A stretch of 64,000 bases of DNA from NCBI RefSeq assembly GCF_018350175.1, contig NC_058368.1, positions 60,080,001 through 60,144,000 on the forward strand, read 5' to 3'. Position 1 is the first letter of the stretch, and every line of letters starts with the position of its first letter. Below, piece by piece: positions 25,376-35,980 of this stretch. The notes under the pieces were generated by a model, which did no database searches, was not told the DNA's origin, and was given only the letters and a program-made list of their open reading frames with translations. The stretch comes from Felis catus. Its lineage: Eukaryota. Made by a program: the position numbers and the translations under genes.

Positions 25376-26159
25376 ATGATCTGTACAAGAAAATTCCCAG
25401 GTATAAAATTTCATAAATATATCTTTATTGTGAAATAAAATTATTTTTAAGGAAAAAATTGGAAATAAACAATGGGCATCAGGCAAACAAATATGGCATT
25501 TTATAATTTTGTAAGAAAATTCAATTTTGAAGATCAGTGGTTACTGAAAAATAATTTTATGTAAAATGAAAGGAACTGTTAAATATAATATGGAACTATG
25601 TAATAAGAAAATATAATGTTATTTCATATGCAAGTGATATTCTGCATAGATAATTCATAAGTTCAGGAGTTTATGAGGTTAGATAGAAAATGGGCTAAAA
25701 TTACTTTTACTTTGTATTTTTGATAAAGATTTTTATTTTAATTCCAGTATTGGTAACACACACTGTTAACTGTTAATATTAGGTTCAGGTGTGTAATATA
25801 GTGATTCAACAATTATATACATTACTCAGTGCTCTTCATGATAAGTGCACTCTTCAATCCCATCACTTGTTTACCCACCTGCCCCAACCTCCCCTCTGGC
25901 AACCATCAGTTTATTGTCTATAGTTAAGAGTCTGTTTTTTTGGTTTATCTCTTTCTCTTTTTTTCCTTTGTTCATTTGCTTTGTTTCTTAAATTCCTCAT
26001 ATGAATGAAATCATATGGTATTTGTCTTTCTCTGACTTATTTCACTTAGCATTATACTCTCTAGCTCCATTTATGTTGTTGGAAATGAGAAGATTTCATT
26101 CATTTTAGAGCTGAATTAAGTTATTATTATATATATTTATTATATAATATGTTTAATGT

Positions 26160-26161
26160 AT

Positions 26162-26207
<46 letters not shown>

Positions 26208-26217
26208 ACACATATAT
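26160..26217. repeat. (TA)n/(CA)n compound microsatellite
   Basis: Direct reading. Confidence 0.9.
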
Positions 26218-26544
26218 CACATCTACTTCACCCATTCATCTATTGATAGACACTTGGGCTGCTTCCATAATTTGGCTAGTGTAAATAATGCTGCTATAAG
26301 CAAAGAGATATGTGTATCCCTTTGAATTAATGTTTTTGTATTTTGGAGGTAAATACCTAGTAGTGCAATCACTGGATTGCAGGGTATTTTTATTTTTAAC
26401 ATTTTGAAGAAGCTCCATATTATTGTTCACAGTGACTGCACCAGTTTGCACTCCCACCAACAGTGCATGAAGGTTCCTTTTCCTGCACGTTCTCACCAAC
26501 ACTCTTTCTGGTGTTTTTCATTTAATTAATTAATTAATTAAATT

Positions 26545-26579
26545 TTATTTTATTTTTAATTTTTTTAATGTTACTTATT

Positions 26580-26614
<35 letters not shown>

Positions 26615-26777
26615 ACAGCAGGGGAGAAGCAGAGAGAAAGGGAGACACAGAATCCAAATAGGCTCCAGGCTCCAAGCTGTCAGCACAGAGCCTCTTGCAG
26701 GGCCCTAACCCATGAACCGTAAGATCTGACCTGAGCTGAAGTCGGACACTTAACTGACTGAGCCACTCAGGCACCCC
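26545..26777 (-). mobile_element. Can-SINE (feline), sitting in the tail of the adjacent SINE
   Basis: Poly-T, (GA)n, ending CTGAGCCACTCAGGCACCCC. Confidence 0.93.
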
Positions 26778-26967
26778 TAACTTTTGTTTTAAAGGGAGAG
26801 AGAGGGTGAATGAGGGAGAGGAATAGTGGGAGAGAGACAGAAACTTAAGCAGGCTCCACACTTCATGCAGAGCCTGATGCAGATCTCAATTACACAACCC
26901 TGGGATCATGACCTGAGCTAAAATCGAGTGTTGGATGATTAACTGCCTTAGTCACCCAGGAGTCCCT
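26778..26967 (-). mobile_element. Older Can-SINE
   Basis: AAGCAGGCTCCACAC...ATCATGACCTGAGCTAAAATCGAG...CACCCAGGAGTCCC. Confidence 0.88.
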
Positions 26968-27741
26968 CTTTGGTATCTCATTTTATTCATGTCAACAGGT
27001 GTGAGGTGGTATTTCATTCTTTTTGGTTTGCACTTCCCTGATGATGAGTGATGTTGAGCATCTTTTCATGTGTCTGTTGGCCATCTGGATGTCTTTGGAG
27101 AAATGTTTATGTCTTCTGCCTATCTTTTAATTGGGTTGAAATTTGGGTGTAGAGTTGTGTCATTTCATTATGTATTTTGGATACTAACCCTTTATCAGAT
27201 ATGTCACTTGCAAACATCTTTTCCCATTCCTTAGGCTGTCTTTTAGTTTTGTTTTTTCCTTTGCTGTAAGAAGCTTTTTAATTTGATGGAGTCCCAATAG
27301 TTTATTTTTACTTTTACTTCCCTTGTCTCAGAATACACATCTAGAAAAATGTTCCTATGGCCAATGTCAGAGACTTTTTTGCCTTTGCTCTCCCCTAGAA
27401 TTTTTATGGTTTCAGGTCTTACAATTAGGTCTTTAATCCATTTTGAGTTGATTTTTGTGTATGATGTAAGAAAGTGATCCAGTTTCATTCTTTTGAATGT
27501 AGCTAAACAGTTTCCCTAATATCGTTTGTTCAAGATATGTTCTTTTTCCCTTTGGGATTTGTCTAAGATTAATTGACCATGTGACTGTAGGTTTCTTTCT
27601 GAGTTTTCTATTCTATTCTATTGATCTATGTGTCTATTTTTATGCCAGAACCATACTGTGATGATTAGTACAGCTTTATAATATAATTTAAGGTCCTTTC
27701 CTCCCTTCCTTCCTTTCTTCCTTCCCTTCTTCCTTCCAGTT

Positions 27742-28193
27742 TGTATTAATTTATTTGGCGTATAGAAGAATTACCACAAACCTAGTGGCTTAAAAAAACA
27801 GAAATTAATTATGTTATATACAGTTCCATATATTAGAAGTCTGACACAGTTCTCACTGGGCTAAAAACAAAGCATTGCCAGGGCTCCGTTACTTTTCAGA
27901 GCCTCTAGAGAAAATGATTTTCTTGGCAGTGGCCCCCTTTCTCTAACTTCAAAATAAATGATAACAATAATCTCTCTGACTACTTCTTAGTGATATCTCC
28001 TTGACTCTAACCTCATCCAGGAAAGGTTCTCTGTTTTCAAGGACTTGTGATTAGATTGGGCAGGCCTGGATAATCCAGGATAATCTCCCTGTCTCAAAGT
28101 ACTTAATTATATCTGTAATGCCTCTATAGCCATGTAAATTAGCAAATTCATAGGATATGGACTTTTCAAGAGGCTGTTATTCATCCCACCACA
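27742..28193 (-). mobile_element. MaLR solo LTR (MLT1D-like)
   Basis: TGTATTA...TTACCACAAACCTAGTGGCTTAAAA...GATTAGATTGGG...GGATAATCCAGGATAATCTCCC...CCACCACA. Confidence 0.85.
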
Positions 28194-29716
28194 TAGTTAA
28201 GCACCTTTGATTGAGGATGTATAGTACATAAATATTACCTAGCAAAGATGAGTTGCTTAGTATAATAATAAATTAAGGACAGGGTTTTATATCAATTTTA
28301 GCCTTCCTGTCAACAATATCTATATATTATTGAAAGATATCATAAAGTTTTTTTTCCCCATAAACTCTCTAAAGGAATGTTTTATACATTAGTCCTTTGG
28401 CTATGTGTATCATAAATTTGAGTTTGCATGGTAGATCATTTGTATATGTTTCATATTCACACAAATCTTTTGGAAATGGCTAGATTTTTGAGTAATGGTT
28501 CATACCTTAGAAAATATGAGGGAAATACTTAAATTGCATTATAACACTAACAATATTGAAAATAATTAGAATTGTATTTTTGGTAGGATTTAATGGCTAT
28601 GTATTCTACATAAGTAGTAGAATATTAAGGGGAATAATTGACTTGTAACAAGTCTTGTTAAATATTGACTTGTAATAAGAAAAAAATCAGTTTAATTTTT
28701 TTTCATTTTTCAGTTATAGGACCTAAGGTTTTAATTAGCCTTTTAACCTGAGTGTTAAACTTATACGTTCTGTTAAATAGAAATGATATGGTTAACCTTT
28801 GGAGTGTGCATGTGTGGATTCTAATTAACCAACACAGAGTAAATATTTGAAAAATATATGAAATGAACAAATCAACAATAAATTCCTTATTTAGTATATT
28901 TATTTTAACTTTGTATTATTTTGTGTTTTCTGTGCAATAATGAAATCTCAAATTTATAATACAAAATTGATTTTATTATACTACTTAATGTTACAGTACT
29001 CACCTAGGCATATGCTTATACTTTGATTCTATTTATCGCCCATTTACAGTTATACATACCTCACCAAAATGCCAATATGATATGCTAAATGTTTAGCACT
29101 TCAACTATTTCCAAAACTTAAAGATAAATACATTTCCATAATCAATATTCAAATTAATTAAGAAATATTATAAAAACACTGTATAAAATTTTATGTGAAA
29201 TCATGCTTTATCTTTTTTTTGAAAACTCTCTTTTTATGTATTATGCCATCTTATAATTACATCATTTATGATTAATCTATTCCCACATTAATAAAGGTCT
29301 AGTCTGTTTCCAGTTTTCCACACTGAGAAATGGTGGGCCATTGAATAGCTCTTTCCTAGGTATGCAATTTCTAGGTCACTTACAATTTACCGAGGATGTC
29401 AAAATGTGCTCCAAAACAACTGTATTCACCCACAGTCCCGCCAGCAATTTTCAGGATCCTCCACCATATTCATTATCAACCCCCAGCCAAAAAACAAAGA
29501 AACAAACAAACAAACAAACAATCTGATGGGTAAAACAACTATTTCACTTCATTTCATTTCTGTTTATTAGTGAGATTAGGTACTTCTTTTATAAATTTAC
29601 TAGTCATTGAATTTATTCTCCTGTGAAATGATCTGTGAAAAATGTTGGTAGCCTAACTTAAGTTAGGTTGGAAACCTAACTTAATCACATCAGTTGTCCC
29701 CAGACTCAGTGGTATT

Positions 29717-30130
29717 GTTCTATTTTTATTTCTCTGAAATAACTTTAATAAGAAGTCTGAACCCATTTTTGGTGTATGACGGCTGGTAGCTTTTAAGCCT
29801 CATGTTCCATCTTCCTGTCTGTCCTACATCTGGGTAAGTGGGTAAGAATGTTGGGTGCTCCGTCCTGAGGCACCAGTAGACGATTCAAGTCCCATCAGCT
29901 CGTACCTACCTAGGGAACCCCTCACCCAGGCCTCACCACTAATCACTACAAAATATCCTGAGCCATGTAAGAATTGCTTAAGAGGCTGCCTTCCTGACCC
30001 CAGACACCTCGAGTATGTCAGTGACAAATACTTCAGACCTTCTTGATGTGTGTGTGGCATCATCAGTCTCCACATCTGAACCAAATTTTGTGTGTGAGGG
30101 GCTTCCTTTTGCTTCTGCAGAAGCTGCTAC
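29717..30130 (+). mobile_element. Solo LTR, ERVL MER74-like
   Basis: Starts TGTTCT, has TGTGTGGCATCATCAGTCTCCACATCTGAACCAAATTTTG near the 3' end, ends ...CTACA. Confidence 0.75.
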
Positions 30131-30491
30131 ATTTCCATAAGTTGCTGTATCCTGTCTAAATATCATTCCTTACCCCCTTCCCCATTAACTTCTACTTGTT
30201 TTTGATCTCTCATAGGCCCTTTATAGTTTGTTTTATTCTGTTTTTCTGAAGCACTGGAATTTAGGTTTATGAGCACGGCACTGTATTTGCCAATATTTAA
30301 AATATTTTAAGAATTACTGAGGCTCAGTGGAAAGCAGTAAGATCATCGAGTGTGCTCCATGTCCATCTAGATCAGAAGTCCCCTAGTGGACTTTGTACAA
30401 TTCTTATTTCTAATACATATGTACATGTACTTCTTTTTTTCTGATAGCGATAGTCCTATTTTAAAAAATGGAGAAAATAATTAGAAATATT

Positions 30492-30535
30492 GCTAACTAA
30501 CTAGAATTTAAATAAAAACTTGAAAAGAAAAAAAA
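30492..30535 (+). mobile_element. Extremely truncated carnivore L1 3' terminus (~45 bp)
   Basis: GCTAACTAACTAGAATTTAAATAAAAACTTGAAAA matches the end of the L1 fragment at 59052-59088. Confidence 0.7.
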
Positions 30536-30849
30536 GAATTAGGAGTGAGCTCAGATTTATTATAATTTCAATATTGCATATCAAGAACTGCAGAAAGTTC
30601 CTTTTTTTAATGATGTTTCTACTTGTATAGTTATATATACTAAGTAAACACTACTAATTTCACAAAGCTAAAGTGAATTGTGGAAGACAACTAACTTGTA
30701 GAATTGTCAGGCAAATATATATTTGAGTAACGACCATGAATTTGAGGAAATTGTGTCTTATTTTTCACTTATACTCATGAAATGACAATAATCTTAGATA
30801 TACAAAGTATTATTTTAATGATAAGTTAATATTGAATGTCTACTAGATG

Positions 30850-30974
30850 GGGGTGCTTGAGTGGCTCAGTCGGTTAAGCATCTGACTCTTGAATTCAGCT
30901 CAGGTCATGATCTCATGGTTCATGAGTTCTAGCCCCATTCTGGGCTCTGCACTGACAGTGTGGAGCCTGCATGG

Positions 30975-31012
<38 letters not shown>

Positions 31013-31066
31013 CCTCCCCAGCTCTCTCTCTTTCAAAATAAATAAATAGACTTAAAAATAATAATA
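30850..31066 (+). mobile_element. Can-SINE
   Basis: Head GGGGTGCTTGAGTGGCTCAG, (CT)n, A tail; 15-bp TSD with 2 mismatches (30835-30849, 31067-31081). Confidence 0.93.
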
Positions 31067-31291
31067 AATATCTACTGGATGTCATACTTTTTATGGAACT
31101 TTTACTTACCAAACAAATTTTCTAATATCTAGAATTTCAATAGATCTTCCCCTCCCACTGAACATTTTATAGTAATAACACTTAAAAAAATATGACCATA
31201 AAGCTCCTTGATAAATCATTTTCCTTTTCTGATGTTATACTTTCAAAACATTAGATTAACCATTTCTCCTTTTTTATTCTTTGCAGATATT

Positions 31292-31404
31292 TAAAAAATA
31301 TTTATTTAAAGTATTCTCTATGCCCATCATGGGAGGTGAAACTCACCACCCCAAGATCAAGTCACATGCTCTAAGTCACCTATCAAGCCAGTCAGGCAAT
31401 CCCT
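31292..31404 (-). mobile_element. Short tRNA-like Can-SINE variant lacking the CT tract, degraded
   Basis: TCTCTATGCCCATCATGGG...AACTCACCACCCCAAGATCAAG.CACATGCTCTA...AGCCAGTCAGGC. Confidence 0.65.
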
Positions 31405-32515
31405 TCCTCTGCTTAATACATAACACATTTCTGAAGAGATTTTTATCTATTTCTTTACTCACTGTTTTAGAAATATTACCTGGACAATATCTCCTGTCCC
31501 AATATTTTCATCTGATTAGTAAAAGTCAATCCCAATTGCTTCATTGGTAAAAATTTGTAGAATACTTGTCAATACTTGTCAGGCTCAACCTTCAGATGGT
31601 GTTTGCAATGGATCCTTGTCCACACTGTTGGTGATAAAGACACCTGGCATATCAGGTTTTGATGTTTATTATGCAAAGACTCAATGTGAAATGATGTGTG
31701 TGATGATGACCATCTCTTAAAATTTTTGGAATCTCTGTTCAATTGTCAAACAATCCATCTGGAGGAAAGCGAGCTGTGTGCTCAGTCTCAATGCAGAGTT
31801 GTAACTGACTCTTCATACGAAAAAAAAGGTATTTGCTAACCACTATTTAGTGAAAGAAACATCCTGTAATTTCTAAACTGTGGAAATGTAAGAAATTGCA
31901 AAAAAAAAAAAAAAAAAAAGAAACAAATGCAATTGAAAATATAGCAATAGAGTAATAATTTGTACATATACAGTTTTCTCTCCTAAGGCAGTACATAATA
32001 TATTGAAGTACATAGGCCACATAGCCATTAGAGAAATGACTGCATTTGGCATTATGGCACTAGGAATCAAAACAAAATGAAATGAATACTGAATAATGAT
32101 TTCAAATTCCTTTTACTTATTCTAAAACTATTTATAATGTATCTCTATTATCATGTCATTACTATAATATTTTAATATACTTAAATTTATTTAAATAATT
32201 AGCTTAACCAAAATTTGAGAGGTTATTTGCCATGTGGGAAATACATTGCATAGTAGCAAAATGAATAAAAAATATGTTCCATATAAAAATAAATTTAAGT
32301 AGAAAATAATGGATATTTTAAGATTTCATTTTGAATTTTGTCCATCCTAACCTCATAGTGCAAGAAATGATAATGTAATACTTGTGATATTTTCTTTATT
32401 CCTAGATTACTATTAAATTTTATAAAACATTAAGTCAATTTCAATAATATAGGAAGATATTTACATAATTAAGATTAAACGTATGTCCCAAATAAATGAT
32501 AGATAAATATATGTT

Positions 32516-33678
32516 CTATATTAGTTTACTAGGGCTATCATACAATACACTCCAGACTGGGTGGCTTAAACAACAAGGATTTATGTTCTCACAATTTTGG
32601 AGAATGGAAGTTCAAGTCCAGTGTCAGCAGGGTTGGCTTCTTCTGAGGCCTTTCTCCATGACTTATAGATGGCAGTTTTCTCCAGTGTCTTCCCTTTCCT
32701 CTGAGTGTGTCTTATGTCCCTATCTTATAGAGACAGCTGTTGTAAAATCTAAGTCTAAAATTCTTTTTTGGCCAGTAAAAGAGCAGACTCAGGATTAAAG
32801 CCAGAGAGATGGCTAATGTCCGAGAAAAAGACAAGAGCCCCGAATAATGATCCTTGTCCCATATTTACTCAGATAAGGCTTACAAACACGATGAGCATGT
32901 ACAAAGAGACAAAGAAACTAGGAACATTAACTTGGGGACGTGAGGGAAAAGGGGGGTTTTGAAGATATACAGTGTTTGGGGTTTGGGTTAATATAAAACA
33001 AAATCCGGATGCCCAGCAGATGGGTAGATGGTTGTTAACAGCAGACAGGAGGCACCATGCCTGTTTATAGGGGATGAGACAGATAGGGTTAACAAGACAC
33101 CTTTTCTTTTGTTAACCGTCTCCACTCCGGGCTACTTTGCCTGCAGTCCAAAGTCCAATTCACCAATTTACCTAACCTGGCCCTATTCTCCTATGAAAGT
33201 AGCTTTTCTGCTATAGTTCTAAATTTGGGGTGCTTTCACCCTGAATATCTAATCTTGTCATTCCTATGTATTGGGCACACACCTTTGCGCCATTTCTATT
33301 TCAGACCTTTGCCTCTCCCTCTCTATTTTGGGGTGCCTTTGCACCTTCCTATTCCTGGCACCTTTGTGCCTCCCTATTCTTGGGGTGTCTTTGCACCCTC
33401 CTATTCTTGGAGTGTCAATATGGTTTACCCAAACTCCGGTGTGAACGTTTTATGACTTTGATTTCTTTATGCCTTGTTAACCCATTAATGTAAGCCCAGG
33501 GGATTCCTAAATTTATCCCCCACAACCTGTCATATCAGATTAAGGCCCACACTATTGACTTTAGGTCAATTTAATTGCCTGTTTAAAGACACTGGCTGCA
33601 AAAACACCCACATCCTGAAGTACTGGGGTTTAGGATTTCAACATATGAATTATGAGGGGTTACAATTCAGCCCATAAC
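32516..33678 (-). mobile_element. MaLR solo LTR (MLT1A/B/C-like), split by a younger LTR into 32516-32740 and 33525-33678
   Basis: CAGACTGGGTGGCTTAAACAACA...TCTCACAATTTTGGAG on the left; GATTAAGGCCCAC...AGGATTTCAACATATGAATT...CAATTCAGCCCATAAC on the right. Confidence 0.85.
32741..33524 (-). mobile_element. 784-bp ERV solo LTR nested in the MaLR LTR
   Basis: TGT...ACA termini; 6-bp TSD AGCTGT/ACCTGT (32735-32740, 33525-33530); internal tandem repeats. Orientation inferred from the TGTGGGGG start on the minus strand. Confidence 0.8.
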
Positions 33679-33750
33679 TTATACATATATACTTTCAAAT
33701 TCTTTCACAAAAGAACACCATAACTAAAATTATAATAAAAATAAAAACTG

Positions 33751-33925
33751 GTGGGAGCCTGGGGGCTCAGTAGGTTAAGTGTCTGATTTTGGATTTCAGC
33801 TCGGCTCATGATTTCACAGTTCCTTAGATAGAACCCATTTCATGCTCTGCACTGACAGCATGAATCCACTTGGGATTCTCTCTCCCCCTCTCTGTCTGCC
33901 CCTCCCCCTCTCTCAAAGTAAAGAA
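33751..33925 (+). mobile_element. Older Can-SINE
   Basis: GCCTGGGGGCTCAGTAGGTTAAG...GCTCTGCACTGACAGC...GGGATTCTCTCTC. Confidence 0.85.
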
Positions 33926-35799
33926 GTTAGTTTTGTTTTAATTGTTATCAACTAATATCCCTTGTACCCATGTTAATTTTCCCAAAGTAACCTTTTGCTA
34001 ACTTAGTACTATTAGTTGTTGGTTACATCCTTTTGATGGATGGATGCCTTCCTGAGTCTTTGAGGGTATCTGAAGCATCACTTTTTTCCACATTTTTAAC
34101 ATGTTTTACTATACTAATTATTGCTCTTTTTTAATATCTTCTTTGAAATAAAAACCTAGGTACTAGTTTGTTTTGAACTCTGATCAGAGACACCATGAAA
34201 TCATATAAAAGATTCAAGGGAAAAAATTTTAATTGGGTTATTGAGTACAAGGTGTCTAATTCAAAGTTGTGAAAAGTATCCCTGTCTGACTTAAATCAAA
34301 TAATATCCTACAAGTCCAATACATTCTCTATCCATTGAACATTAGTTTTATTGATTTTCCATATTTTTACTTATATAGTTTTTTTTAAATTATGTAACAT
34401 CTGTATGGTACCTTTCTAAGACCCTAGCAAAACCCATAAATATGTTTACATTATCATCTCTTCCATAACATTTTCAAGGTACCCTATTTAGTATTATTTT
34501 TTAAAAAGAGCTTACCACAAGCACCACCAGCACCACCACCACCAACTTTAAAAGCTTTAAGCCTCATGAAACAAAGATATGCCAATCTATTTTACATACA
34601 GAAATATCAGAGAGAATTCACATTGTCATTTCTTTCAGTATTGTGACTGTAATAAATCCCTTTCATTTTTATCAGGCACTTACTGATTTGGATTTGTGCT
34701 GGAAATTTTTAAATAACTCTGTCTGTCAAGGTAATGCTCCTAAAATAAGGCTGGGATACTCAGGATGTGTGGAATTTAGGATGATTGTGAGTGGGAGGGA
34801 AACTCTGGACTGGATTGTCACCAGATACTAATGAGCCTGTGTAAAATCCAAGGACGTAAATACAGATAATATTTCACATGATCTATATGGTCAATTAATG
34901 CTCCAGCCTCTCATAAGTCTCTCCATTGTCTTACACCCATGTGTGGATAATTGTTAGGGTATCACTTCTCAAAGTTTCAGTTTTAAAAAAGAGACAGTAG
35001 ACAATTTTTTCATACGGTTATGAGAGGGAAACATGTTACTCTTATAGACTTATCAGAGTCAAGACCTTTAGTTGTCCTCCATCTTTATTCACCAGATGAA
35101 GAACTTTTGATATAGATTGACATTGTATTACTAATAATAGAACTATTTCTTTATCTCCTACTTTTCTTTCATATTTCTCCAATGACTGACTGTGACTAAA
35201 ACTAGGTGAAATGGGAATGATGTACACACTGAACCAGTAAGAAAAATTAATTAAAATATAATCACTTCATTTTATAGGAAAGTTACTTAAATGCTCGTAA
35301 ATTATTCATGACCTGATTTTAACAACACAGTAGTGTGATTCTGGAAACATAAATGACTATTCCTAATGAATAGGTGTGTTGACATATTTAGCATACATAT
35401 TATATATTACCATACAGATAAAATAATATTATCTGTGTTTCCAGACTTAATGACCACCCTACATGTTTCATCAGTACAACAGATGTTCTGTTATGACATG
35501 ATTGATTGGTGTCTGTTAAAATAAGTCCTCCACATGCTGTTCCAGCTCATTTACTCTTGAGAAAAATGTTTTGGTCATTCTTATTTTATGTGTCTCGACA
35601 AAAATAGCCCTGCCAGGGATGATCAGAAACTGGAATATCTCCAAATTTGACTCATAAAATATAATATTTCAAATATCTCCTATAAGTAATCATTAGGAAA
35701 GTATTCCCTAAACTCTTTCCTCAGCCACCTGAATAACCTGGAGTTCTTTAATCACTGGTAATTATATTAAATAAATAAAAGAGAATATTAAAATAGTTT

Positions 35800-35980
35800 T
35801 TAAATGTTTATTTATTTTTGAGAGAGAGACAGAGTGTGTGAGGAGGAGAGGGGCAAAGAGAGAGGGAGGGAGAGAATCCCAAGCAGGCTCTGAGCTCTCA
35901 GGGGAGCTCCATCCCATAAACTGTGAGATCGTGGATCGAGCCAAAATCAAGAGTCAAAAGCTTAAATGACCAGGCACCCC
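35800..35980 (-). mobile_element. Older Can-SINE with internal deletions
   Basis: TTTATTTATTTTTGAGAGAG...GAATCCCAAGCAGGCTC...CCAGGCACCCC; degenerate TSD. Confidence 0.9.

Larger units (their letters stand above)
25727..27693 (-). mobile_element. 5'-truncated carnivore LINE-1, interrupted by a (TA)n tract and two SINEs
   Basis: 3'UTR at 25727-26050. ORF 27243..27488(-) MKLDHFLTSYTKINSKWIKDL.VRPETIKIL is L1 ORF2. Confidence 0.92.

Noticed and set aside
31292..31404. tRNA gene
   Set aside because: Too degraded and carries an AT-rich tail; better explained as a short tRNA-derived SINE.
33282..33414. Tandem array as a CRISPR-like locus
   Set aside because: Degenerate head-to-tail units without unique spacers, inside an LTR in mammalian DNA.
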